A stretch of DNA of 64,000 nucleotides from Octopus bimaculoides (Eukaryota), in NCBI RefSeq assembly GCF_001194135.2, contig NC_068983.1, positions 155,205,870 to 155,269,869 of the forward strand. Direction: 5' to 3'. Positions 24,967 through 37,443 of this stretch are shown here, piece by piece (position 1 is the first letter of the stretch; every line of letters begins with the position of its first letter). The notes under the pieces are model-generated. The model was not told the DNA's origin. It ran no database searches and saw only the letters and a program-made list of their open reading frames with translations. A program made the translations under genes and the position numbers.

Positions 24967-27716
24967 GTGAGTCTCCATCCATTCTCTTTTTTATCAACTC
25001 CTTAGTTACTTATTATTATCATTATTATTATTATTATTATTATAATTATTTATGTTCCCCAACAACCACTTTGAGTTTTGACTAGTTCTGTGTATTATCA
25101 TTATTATTATTATTATTATTTTTATTTTCACTTTGTTGTCCTTTTATAGCTCCCATCTACCTCCCAGTTCTTTCTTGCCTGTTTATATATGTCTTAGTTT
25201 AGATAATTTACCATTCTGATGCTTATTAGTCTGTAATTGTATTTTTCAGTTTTTTTTTGTTGTTTTTTTTTTTTTTTCTTTTTTCTTTATTTGCTGTATA
25301 TTTCGTTCTGTTGTCGTTGCTTCTTTTCTGTAAGTTTGCTGTTTGTTATTTTCTGAATGGTTTCGGTCATTATATATACTTTCACATGATGGATGTCATA
25401 CTACATCTAGCAATTAATGTCACTGTTCTGCTGTCTTTGGATTTCTTTTCTGTTACTTTATATATNNNNNNNNNNNNNNNNNNNNNNNNNNNNNNNNNNN
25501 NNNNNNNNNNNNNNNNNNNNNNNNNNNNNNNNNNNNNNNNNNNNNNNNNNNNNNNNNNNNNNNNNNNNNNNNNNNNNNNNNNNNNNNNNNNNNNNNNNNN
25601 NNNNNNNNNNNNNNNNNNNNNNNNNNNNNNNNNNNNNNNNNNNNNNNNNNNNNNNNNNNNNNNNNNNNNNNNNNNNNNNNNNNNNNNNNNNNNNNNNNNN
25701 NNNNNNNNNNNNNNNNNNNNNNNNNNNNNNNNNNNNNNNNNNNNNNNNNNNNNNNNNNNNNNNNNNNNNNNNNNNNNNNNNNNNNNNNNNNNNNNNNNNN
25801 NNNNNNNNNNNNNNNNNNNNNNNNNNNNNNNNNNNNNNNNNNNNNNNNNNNNNNNNNNNNNNNNNNNNNNNNNNNNNNNNNNNNNNNNNNNNNNNNNNNN
25901 NNNNNNNNNNNNNNNNNNNNNNNNNNNNNNNNNNNNNNNNNNNNNNNNNNNNNNNNNNNNNNNNNNNNNNNNNNNNNNNNNNNNNNNNNNNNNNNNNNNN
26001 NNNNNNNNNNNNNNNNNNNNNNNNNNNNNNNNNNNNNNNNNNNNNNNNNNNNNNNNNNNNNNNNNNNNNNNNNNNNNNNNNNNNNNNNNNNNNNNNNNNN
26101 NNNNNNNNNNNNNNNNNNNNNNNNNNNNNNNNNNNNNNNNNNNNNNNNNNNNNNNNNNNNNNNNNNNNNNNNNNNNNNNNNNNNNNNNNNNTGGCAAGTA
26201 CCAAAGGAAGAAAGCTATGTCGGTGGAGAATGTTATGATTTTATTGATAAAAAAATTTTTTAAAAAAACCCCACTTATTCTTTTTAGGAGCAGTTGATCT
26301 TGAAGCACATACAGCTATATATAGTAGCATATCAGTATTGTGTTGGAAAACCTTTTCGATAGAAAAAGTGAGAAGTAGGACACCTGTCACACCTACAGAT
26401 GTGGGTTTGTGTCGCACCAGGTAGTTTTTGACATTTTCAGTTCAAAGGTGATATGATATGTGCTTCAAGATCCACTGTTTCTAAAATAGAATTATTTCAT
26501 GTTATATCAAAAGTTTATAAAATCCTCATGACAACAACAAAATAATCAATAATGGGTTGGAGTCATCCTAGAATCTGAGTTAATAAAGTTTTGAAATCAA
26601 GTAAGTCCATGTGATATTAGGATAGGTGAATTGTGAGGTCTGAAAAATACTGAGCAATACTGGGTAGATCACCTTTGATCTCAGGTTTGTTGGGTAAGTT
26701 TAATGTAAGGATGAACAATAATAAGTAGATAGAACTATAGTTGGAAAGAGTAAGGGTGCATGGCTTAGTGGTTACAGTGTTGAACTCCTGATTGTAAGAT
26801 TGTGGTTTCCATTCCTGGACTGGGCGATGTGTTGTGTTCTTGAGCAAAACACTTCATTTCACAATGCTCCAGTCTGCCCAGCTAGAAAAAATTAGTAATC
26901 CTGCATCAGACCGATGCCTCATCCAGGGAGGTAAAAATACATCAGAGAAACCAGGAAATAGGCCTTCTGCGTCCTACAGAGTAATGTGGAGTTACCCTAA
27001 ATTTGGAAGGTAGGAGTTAGTTAATTAAAAATTCACTTATTACATCAGCACAAGGCTACAAGTTTTCGAGTCAAGAGCACTTGACTAGTGCTTTATTGAC
27101 CAGGAAGGATAAAAGGTAAAATTTACCTGTGCAGGATTTGAACTCAGACCATAAAGAATGTGGGCAAATACTACAAGGCATTTTGTCAGACACTCTAATG
27201 ATTCTACCAGTGCACCACCCTCAGGTCATTAAATGTTAATTTCAAATTTTGGCACAAGGCCAGCAATTTCGGGGGTGTTGGGTAAGTTGATTACATCAAC
27301 TCCAATGTTCTAATGGTACTTAGTGTATCGATCCTCAAAGAGTGAAAGACAAAGACAACCTCAATAATATAAACTCCAGAATGTAAAGATAGACAAAGTG
27401 TCGCTAAGCATTTTGCCCAGCATGCCAACAATTCTGCCAGCTTTCTGCCTTACAGATAATTAAATATTAATACTTATTAATTTTTTTGATGGGGGTGTCT
27501 ATATTTAATTCTCTCTATTCTTATAATTTTTTTTTAATCCTCTTTCTCTCTTTTCCTTCATAATCTATTTTACATCAGATCACTAATATTTATGTCTCAA
27601 TTTCTCTCTCCCACTTCCTCTCCCCATATCTATCTATCTATATATATATACATACACACATATACAACACTTAGGCACATTCATGCAGTAATGTTTGAGT
27701 GGAAAGCCATCATGAA

Positions 27717-27768
<52 letters not shown>

Positions 27769-28044
27769 CATACATACATGTGTCTGAGACATAAAACCTT
27801 AAGATCTCTAAATATAGTTTCACTTTACTATGAGTAGAAGTGATGGGCAAAATAAATTCCTTTGTATAATTTATTTCTTCTATAAAACTCATCAATCTTT
27901 CTTTTTGACTTCAATATTTTGTTGGGTATGTTTATTCAAGTCCACCCTTCACACATGTGTTTTCTTAACTGCTTTCGTTTTTCTCTTCATAATTTTTCCT
28001 TACACAAAGAAAGGCTGCTGTTAGTACTCTGTTTATCATCATCA

Positions 28045-28079
<35 letters not shown>

Positions 28080-28698
28080 CTCTTGGTCTTTATCTTTTCC
28101 TTATTATATCTCCTCTTTTACTGCCTTTCTTTTCTTTCAGTGCCAATATCCTATCATTTTTTTTCTTTTTTTCTTCCTTATCCTTTTTGTTGTTTTACCC
28201 ACTGTCCTCCACAATATTTTTTTTTTTTTACGTATTTGTATTTATATCCTTTATTTAAAAACAAAAACAAAACAAAAATCATTTATGTTGTGTCTTTGTT
28301 ATGATGTTGATGATGTCAGAAACGGGGGTCAACTGATTGACTATGTCCTTCTCAAAATGTTGGTCTGATGTCATTGTGTGAAATCATTATTTTCTTTGAT
28401 GATGATCATCATGTTAATATTGATCATAATTAATGTTGTCATTATTATTGATTAATTTTCACACTATTTTAGTGGGTGGAGAAATGAAAATTATGCAGTT
28501 TTGTATTTTTTCTATTATTTTCTGTCATTAAACTTATGGCCATGCTAGAACACCACCTTCAAAGGTTTCAGTTAATTACTATATCAACCTTAGTCCTTTA
28601 TAGACTAACATTATTTCACTGGCCTCAGGAGCGATGATAGGCAAAATTGATATAGGCAGGATTTGAACTCTGTTCATAAAGGCACATGCCAAATAATA

Positions 28699-29030
28699 CA
28701 TCATCATCATTGTTTACCATCTGCTTTCCATGCTAGCATGGGTTGGACGATTTGACTGAGGACTGGTGAACCAGATGGTTACACCAGGCTCCAATCTGAT
28801 TTGGCAGAGTTTCTACAGCTAGATGCCCTTCCTAACGCCAACCACTCCGAGAGTGTAGTGGGTGCTTTTACGTGCCACCGGCACAAAGGCCAGTCAGGCG
28901 GTACTGGCAATGGCCACGCTCAAAATGGTGTATTTTACGTACCACCTGTACAGGAGCCAGTCCAGCGGCACTGGCAATGATCTCGCTCGAATGACTTTTC
29001 ACATGCCACCGGCACAAGTGCCAGGAATGC
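28699..29030 (-). mobile_element. Long copy of the (ATG)n-tailed SINE-like family with extra internal modules
   Basis: Same 3' core; the ttttacgtgccacc.gcac...gccagtc...ctggcaa module occurs about three times. Confidence 0.8.
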
Positions 29031-30259
29031 GAAGCTGCAGCACAAGTGCAAGGCCTAACCAACTGGGCCAATCTAGTATGTTGAAGGCAAAATTGAGATC
29101 AATTGACTGTGCTGATGTCCTCTCATATCATCATCAGAATCATCATTTTAATGTCCACTTTTCCTGATTTGCATGAGTCAGACATAATTTGTTAATTAGT
29201 GCTTAGATATTAGTTGAGGCAGATTTTCTATAACCAGATACTCTTCCTGTCACTAACCCTCATCTGTTCCCAGGCAAAGTAATATTTTCCCATGGCCAGA
29301 CATGTTTTTTATGGAAGACTGGAAATAAGTGATGCTCATTTGCAACCATTACACTATGCCAAGATGATGATGATGTACATACACACGCACACACAATGAC
29401 ACATATGCTCATGATGAGCTTCTTTCAGTTTCCATCTACCAAAACTACTCTCAAGACTTTGGTTGGCTCTGGGCCGTTTGCCTTTTTGAGGTTGACAAAA
29501 TGAAGTACCAGTCACATACTGGGCTTGATTTAATCGACAAATTTTGCTTTCTAATATTGCTGCCTTCTTTCCACAATTAGAAAAAATTATCATTATTTAT
29601 TTGTTTATTATTGTTATTATTGTTTTATTTCTCAGTGTGCTCAAACTTGTTTGCTGTGGTAGGCTCTGTGAGCCAAAGTTTGAGACCAATGTTATTTTAA
29701 TAAGGACATATTCAACCGAGGTCGATTTTGCCTTTCATCCTTTAGGAGTCAGTAAAATAAGTACCAGTTGAATACTTGGGTCGATGTAATCAACTATCTG
29801 CACCCCACTCCCCTGCAAAAAAAAATATACAAAAAAAAAAAAAAATTCAGGTCTTTTGCCTAGAGTAGAAAGGATTATTATAATAAAGGACAGTAGATAT
29901 TAGAATTCACAGGCAGGTAATATTTCTAGTTTGGTTCCTTCTGATTCTGAGCTCAAATTCTAACAGAATTGTCTTTGCACTTCCTCTGCTTTCTTTGCAT
30001 TCTTCCAGGGGTGCAATAAAATTCATACCAGACAACCACTGCAGTTTGATTAATTAACTGTTCCACTCCTAAAATGTGTAGCCATTATCATATTCTATTT
30101 TACATCAATATCATCATCACCACTAATTTTAGTATTATTATTATTATTATTGTTATTTGAAGTCTTTCCATTATGAATGTTATTACCTTTGCTCTTGATG
30201 ATGTTATATATAACCTTTATCTTTAATGTTATTATAATCATTTATTCCACCACTACCAC

Positions 30260-30291
<32 letters not shown>

Positions 30292-33200
30292 TTCCACATC
30301 TCCCAAAAACAAACAAGATTTCATCTTGTAGGTTATACTGCTTTTTTTTTTATTTCTCTTTTTCTTTTTCTGCCCCTGCTGTATGCATGTCTTCTCGATT
30401 TTTCCCCCAATTTTTTTCTTTTTTTTTTTGTTTGTTATATTTTCATGCTTAGGTATTTGCTATTTTATTTATTTATTTATTTTCTTTCTAAATGTCTTTT
30501 AACTATTATTTTCTTCTTTACTTCATATTTGATTCCAGTTTCCACTAAATGCTATCCCATCACCCACTTTTATGTTCTTAAATTTTTTTTTCCTTCCCTT
30601 TCAATTCATAAATGAAAATAATTTTTTTTATTTTAAATGTTAAATGAAGCCAGAATAAAATGAATTTGCAAACATTAATTGGGAAAAAAAATTAAGAGCA
30701 AAGAACAAAAACTATAGGGTATTGGATTAGAATCATTATTATTATAGATTAACCTTTTGGTGTTGTTGGAAGTGGAGGAGTGATAGATATTGTAGATTAG
30801 CAGGTGAAATGTCTAACAGTATTTATAGTTCCACACTTTACAGATTCTGAAATGAAATCTTACCAAGATGGGCTTTCAATTTTTATTTTTTTATTTATGC
30901 CACGGAGTGTTTGATAAAAGAGGTACATGTCATGTTGTTAGTAGAGAAGGGATAGAAAATCAATTTAGTTGTCTAGACACCCCTTCTCTAAACTTCTCTG
31001 CTAATTTAAGAAATCCTTATTAACTTGAGGTTCTTACAGTTCAGGTATTATGCAGGCATATTTCATTAGTTGGGCTTTTGAAACAGATTAATGTTTCATA
31101 GTTATTTGAATTAGTCTTTTAAAATTAATGGCGAATTCTCAAAAACATTGTTTCTTATTTTGAACTCACAGCCTATGAATTATATGGTCTATTATTTTGT
31201 CAAATCTAAAACAAAATTTAAATTAAGATCCAGAATCCGAGTAAACTGGTGGTGGTTTGTGTTAGCAAAAGTTAATCTGTAGAAAGTAGACTGATTAAAA
31301 TAGAAATAAAGGAAAGTTGGGGTGCACGCGAGGTGAACAATCCTATATTTCAGAAAGTTGTTATTTGGTAAACAGACTATAGTGGCCGATATTTTTTCTC
31401 TCTGAAAAAATATCTGAAACATTGTTTTTCTCTCTCATTCTTTATGGCAAATCAACTTAACCATAATATATTCATTCTTTTTGTGAGCTTTTAAAACATT
31501 CATAAATTCAGGCTATGGAGGAAAGAATTGAAATTGCAGTCATTCTTTCAGTTTTCATGTCTTTGGAGAAAAATATAAATCTTGTTTCTATCTTTTTATT
31601 TTTTTCTTACTTTTTTCTTTTTTTTTTTTGTGAATTTTCTGTGGGAAAGAAAGAAGGAAAATGCATGAGTGGGTCAAGTTTTGGACTACCATTTCAAGAT
31701 CTAAGGCTTTTTCATTGTATCTTTTGGGTTGAGCAATCATCTCAAGATCCCTTTTGAACCAGTTAAGTGTAGAGGTGCCACTAATAAAAAATTTGAAATT
31801 TTATAGGATTTCTGTTGGGATTATAAGAACATTTTGTTTTTATTCTAAATCTGTAGGATTTACTAGGGTTGTTGAGTGCATCAAAGTGACTTCAACTTAA
31901 TCCTTTGGCATTCAAATTATTTTGTCAAATATATTCTTATTTATTCAGTTGTTTTGAATTAATCATGCATCATCTCATAGCTGTGAGATTTTGATGATGT
32001 GATTGTTTCTCTTTAGATAAACATTGTAGAGCAGGTGCAAGAGACCAGATCTGGCTGGTTTTCACATAAAAGAGGTAGAAAAATTTTTGGCTGGATACAG
32101 CTGGTTTAAAGGCTAAGGTGTTAAGGCAGTGTGCTCTACCAAAAGCAATCAGATGAGTTATTTATCAAAAAAATTGAAGTGATCTACTTGTCAGGAAAAG
32201 CAAAATGGCTAGGTGAATAAGACGTTGAGTTCAAACCTACTGCAAACATCTTATAACATTTTTACATCATTATACTTAATTCTGTATTGTTCTCCTTATC
32301 CAGCTGTAGTGAATGAGGTAATTCAGTAACAATCAAATCAGCTTTTGGAAAAAAAATAAAAAATTAACAGCTATTAATACACATTTATTTAGGGAAAATG
32401 TTACCACTTATCTTAATGTTACATAAATTCATGTTAAGAATTGGTTTTATGGATCATTATCATTTGTGAAAGGATCTATTTTAACAATATAAACTGTAAT
32501 TTAAATATCTTAATGAAATTATCAACATTGGTTTTATGTTTTAATCTGTGTAACATCACATACTTGCAATGTCTAGACTCTGTTGTTCTTTTGAGAGAGC
32601 TTTCTCTTTCATATTTCAAGTAAATAATTGTCCAGCAACTGAGATTGATTTAGTCAATTATTTTCTCCAAAAATGTGTGGTCTTTTGTAGCAGTAGTAGT
32701 GTAAATATAATTTTTATTCTCATACAATCATATCAGTTATTTACTGAAGGATATCATATCAACTCTGACCTCATTCCTTTATCAAAGAACTTCCAAAATC
32801 TCTTGAATTCTGTGCATCTAGTGTGTAAGTATGAGTACGCATAGACACACACACACACACACACAACATATACATGTGTACACACACTCATACATATTTA
32901 GATATAGGTCATTATACTGAATTAAAGCAAATATAAGCAAACAAAAAAGCAAAATAAACAGTTGCTAAAATGATAGAAACAACATAACACACATCAGAAG
33001 GATATTTTTCTTTAATTCAATTGTTTCCCTTTTTTTATGTTTTGTATCTTAAATTGCTTGCTTGCTCAATTTTACTATTGCTGAAAGCTTTCATCTCTGA
33101 GCATTTCATTTATTTTTATTTGTTATTCTGTTGCATCTTTCCCCAATACTGAGAAAAAAAAAAATTAAATTAAGCAATGCTAATGCAGCAGAAATCGGAT

Positions 33201-33983
33201 AAAACATCAGGTGCATTTAGAATAAAACCGTAGGAGTTGCTAAATATGTTAAATATAATAAGTTTCAGAGCATTCTATAAGCTTCATTAGTTTTGTTTTA
33301 TTTTATCTTCATATATTTTATTTCCTTTTAAGGGTTTCTATTATTTGTTTCTTTTCCTTCATTTTGTTCTTTGTTTTTTTGGGGTTTTTTTTTTTTTTCA
33401 GGGGGTTCATGGTGCTCTTTCTTACCCTCTTCATCCTCATTTTGTTTGTCTTATTCCCCCTTTTCCCACTCTTCTGACTCTTTGAAAACATATACAAACA
33501 TTAGAACAACTTCTGTGTAGTTTAAAATTTTCAAGTTNNNNNNNNNNNNNNNNNNNNNNNNNNNNNNNNNNNNNNNNNNNNNNNNNNNNNNNNNNNNNNN
33601 NNNNNNNNNNNNNNNNNNNNNNNNNNNNNNNNNNNNNNNNNNNNNNNNNNNNNNNNNNNNNNNNNNNNNNNNNNNNNNNNNNNNNNNNNNNNNNNNNNNN
33701 NNNNNNNNNNNNNNNNNNNNNNNNNNNNNNNNNNNNNNNNNNNNNNNNNNNNNNNNNNNNNNNNNNNNNNNNNNNNNNNNNNNNNNNNNNNNNNNNNNNN
33801 NNNNNNNNNNNNNNATGTATATATAATATATATATTCCTACCTTTCTAAACAGCTTTTACTGTGTGGCATTTTGATATCTCACAAAGGTTTTGGTTTCTC
33901 TTTCATCTTTTCTGCTCAATAATTGAATAACAAATAAGCTTTGGGGCAAAGCTAATATGGTATCATGGTTGAGATTCTATTAC

Positions 33984-34203
33984 TTAACCCTTTAGCAATC
34001 AGATTACTCTCTTAAATGTAATACATATTTTTTCCTCATCGTTTTGAATCAATCATGCATTATCTTCTAGCTTTGAGATTTTGGTGATGTGATTATTCAT
34101 TTTTAGAATGACATTGTAGGGTAGGTGCTAGAGGCTGATTTGAACATAAAAAATTGTAGAATATTTGGGCCAGATATGGTCAGCTAAAATGCTTAAGTGT
34201 TAA
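33984..34203. mobile_element. TTAA-flanked MITE (piggyBac-type ends); related copies 2143-2365, 31897-32124, partial 7525-7650
   Basis: ttaa-ccctttagcaat ... aatgcttaagtg-ttaa; shared internal catgcat.atct..tagctttgagatt...tagaatgacattgtagggtaggtg..agagg. Confidence 0.7.
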
Positions 34204-35762
34204 GCCAGTACTAGGATTCTTCCAAGAAAGTATTTACCATTTACCAGGGGGATTCTAATGAGTGGTTAACTTCATAGTAAGATATTCTCTCTCTCTCCCC
34301 CATGCCTATATATATGTATATGCATATATATAGTAAGGTGGCCAAGTAAGCAGATATATTATTGTGGTGTTTGTTCTGGCTCGTAATGTTTTGAGTTCAG
34401 ATTCCACTGGCATCAGCTTTACCTTTCATCCTCTCAAAGATTGATATATAAAATACTAATTTTAAAGGCACCCACTACACTCTCTGAGTGGTTGGCGTTA
34501 GGAAGGGCATCCAGCTGTAGAAACCCTGCCAAATCAGATTGGAGCCTGGTGTAGCTATCTGATTCACCAGTCCTCAGTCAAATCATCCAACCCATGCTAG
34601 CATGGAAAGGGGACATTAAACGATAATAATGTAGTTGATGTTTTCTATACATAAAAACCAAAAAGACCCTCAAATCACAACTTACCATCTTCAAAAATTA
34701 AAACGAGGAGAGCATATTGGGTAATATAGCTTTAGAGACACACTGACAGACTAAAGACTATGTTTGCATTTGGATTGTCTTTGATCATTTGTCAGCTCAA
34801 CCAGAACTGGTTTGGGGCTCGAGAAATTACTAATCATTCCAATTTCAGTTGGCACAAACCTCTCTCCCTCCACCATTTGTTGCATCCTAGATGTTCCACT
34901 AGGTTAATTGCGGGAAACCTGAAAGGGTGTTTGATATTTGTTCCTACTTATGTAGACATCTAAAATCAATAGTGAAACCTTGTTACATGAGGTAATAAGT
35001 CATCCTTTGTTGACCATCATTACATCTTTAATATCACGTAATTTACTCATATTTGTACTTATTGCAACCTTTTCTGATTGATAAGGCACTGTCAAAATCT
35101 GAGTATTTTCACACATGTAATAAAGAGGGCCACTGCATCTGTAGCATTAGGTAACATCATGATATGCCTTGAATTTTTAGTCGAATAAATCGACCCCAGC
35201 CTGATACTTATTGTATTGGTCTCTTTTGCCAAACTTCTAGGTTACAGAGATGTAAACAAACCAACACCAGCTGTCAAACAGTGGTGGGGGACAAAGACAC
35301 ACATACATATATATACATGACAGGCTTCTTCCAGTTTGTCTACCAAATCCACTCACAAGGCTTTGGTCAGCCCAAGGTGCCATGCAGTGGGACTGAACCC
35401 AGAACCAAGTAGTCAAGAAGCAAGCTTCTAACCACACAGCCACACTTGTGCCTATAAATATAATACAGCTATAAAACAGAATTTAATGGTAAATATCAGC
35501 TGGGAGCTACAGAGATGTATATGAAGCAGAATAGTAATGTGGTGGTGTGGAAAGAAAATTCTTATGTCAAACTAGTATTTGGAACTAAATTCCTCTGGTT
35601 TTGTATTACGTGTATGTACATTAAAAATCAAAGATAGGAGCATTGAATCATAGCAAAGTGACAATGGAAAACATATCAGTATAAAAGAAAAGGGGTAATA
35701 GTTGCAAAAAGATTTGGAAACTTTGGTCCACTTGATAAATATAGAATAAATTTAACAACATA

Positions 35763-36180
35763 GGCGCAGGAGTGGCTGTGTGGTAAGTAGCTTGCTTACC
35801 AACTACATGGCGTGGCACCTTGGGCAAGTGTCTTCTACTATAGCCTTGGGCTGACNNNNNNNNNNTTGGGCAAGTGTCTTCTACTATAGCCTTGGGCTGA
35901 CCAAAGCCTTGTGAGTGGATTTGGTAGACAGAAACTGAAAGAAGCCCGTCATATATATATATACATATATATATATATATGCATGTGTGTCTGTGTTTGT
36001 CCCCCCACTATCACTTGACAACTGATGCTGGTGTGTTTACGTCCCCGTAATTTAGAGCGGTTCAGCAAAAAGAGACCAATAGAATAAGTCCTGGGGTCGA
36101 TTTTCTCGACTAAAGGCGGTGCTCCAGCATGGCCGCAGTGAAATGACTGAAACAAGTAAAAGAGTAAACGAGAGAGTAAG
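35763..36180 (+). mobile_element. tRNA-derived SINE family ggcgcaggagtggctgtgtggtaag...gctccagcatggccgcagt...(aagagt) tail
   Basis: Related copies at 35176-35452 (-), 61085-61487 (-), 59296-59550, 5977-6150, 43845-44010, 39345-39481, 61690-61850 (+); all share cttgggcaagtgtcttctactatagc and/or ggggtcgatt.gctcgactaaaggcggt.ctccagcatgg. Confidence 0.85.
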
Positions 36181-36322
36181 AGTAACTCTGAAACATTCGG
36201 AATTACATATTCTTCATATTGGGTCAGGCCCTCTTTCTTTTAACCGAATTTGTGATTCACTTCATCAAGCGACTGCAAGAAAAGGACACAACAGTAATTG
36301 CCTGATTCTACAACAGAAGCAC

Positions 36323-36369
<47 letters not shown>

Positions 36370-37196
36370 CAGTTAAGGGACCATGCAGTAGAACTGAACC
36401 TGAAACCATGTGGCTGGGAAGCAGACTTCTTGACTACACACACACACACACTGTATATGTCCCATGTCTTAGACTCGGACACTATCATTCAGTTTGACTT
36501 GCCTTGCCATTATCTCCAATCACTACTGTTTTTAGTTTTATCAATGAAAGAACACATTATCATTACTATTTTACATTCCCTTTACAGTCCTTTCTTTTAA
36601 CCCCCACCTCTTGTTTGGCCATACTAAAGACACTAATTTCTTTTGGTTATTTGGTTCAAATGCTATTTCTCTTCCTTTCACTTTCACTTTCATTCTAGTT
36701 CTTACCTCGTTCATTCTGTTGCTGTGTTTTTCCTTTTTTTGTTTATTTATTTATTTATTTATTCTTCCTACCCCTCATCAAATAGAGAAGTATCCAGATC
36801 CTTTTGCTCATACTTTGATGGACCGAACACCTGCTGGCAATCATTGCAGTCTTCCTACTCTATAAATAAGAATAATGTCTGCTGTTCAATGATTGAAGCC
36901 AGCAAAAATACATGCAATACAAGCAAATATATATTATGTAAGACAGAGCTACTACTACCAGTAATGGTAGATAGAATGATAAAAATAGTATCTATAATAT
37001 AAGAATTAGTAATAGTAATAATAAAAAACTGATATAGTTAGAAAAATATATATATACTTAATTAAATCCGGCTTCTAAACAACTTTCCCGACAACCCCTC
37101 CCTACCAAAAATACGGGAGCAAAATTATTATCTCAACAAAAAAAAAGTAAAAGAAAAACTAATGTCTATTATTGCCTTTGTTATCAAATTCTACAG

Positions 37197-37397
37197 TGAA
37201 CAAATCCGCTAGACAGATGCCTACAACAGCAACGACCACCACCACCACCACCACCACGACTACCACACCAGTTCCTAAGACCACTTCGAAGTACTTTGCA
37301 AGATGTCCACCTTGTAAACCATGTATAACACCTGATCCCAAGATTCTTGTCAGGAGACCGGATGCCAAGTTTCCTTGGCCAACACAGCTGTCTGATG
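37197..37397 (+). CDS. Sema1a: Probable semaphorin stalk exon L: VNKSARQMPTTATTTTTTTTTTTTPVPKTTSKYFARCPPCKPCITPDPKILVRRPDAKFPWPTQLSD
   Basis: Acceptor caaattctacag in phase 1 matches exon K. The 201-nt frame is open and relatively GC-rich within an AT-rich surround. The donor G|gttagc is weak, and read-through gives G-stop at 37400-37402. Confidence 0.7.
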
Positions 37398-37437
37398 GTT
37401 AGCAAAAAGAAATGACTAACACCTATATATATATATA

Positions 37438-37443
37438 AATAAA
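37438..37443 (+). promoter_or_regulatory. Candidate polyadenylation signal AATAAA after the read-through stop of exon L
   Basis: AATAAA 36 nt after TAG (37400-37402). It sits in TA-rich sequence where the hexamer arises easily by chance. Confidence 0.25.

Larger units (their letters stand above)
1463..37397 (+). other. Sema1a: Semaphorin-1a-like gene, partial (5' exons upstream of window; TM/cytoplasmic exons not found in window)
   Basis: Twelve manually joined GT-AG exons with matching phases give one open frame of about 474 codons. It contains [98 protein letters not shown] and CVALQDPYCSW. These follow the Drosophila Sema-1a Sema+PSI sequence as I recall it. Confidence 0.9.

Noticed and set aside
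35821-35900. Direct duplication of ttgggcaagtgtcttctactatagccttgggctgac within a SINE
   Set aside because: The copies flank a 10-N gap; most likely an unmerged contig overlap.
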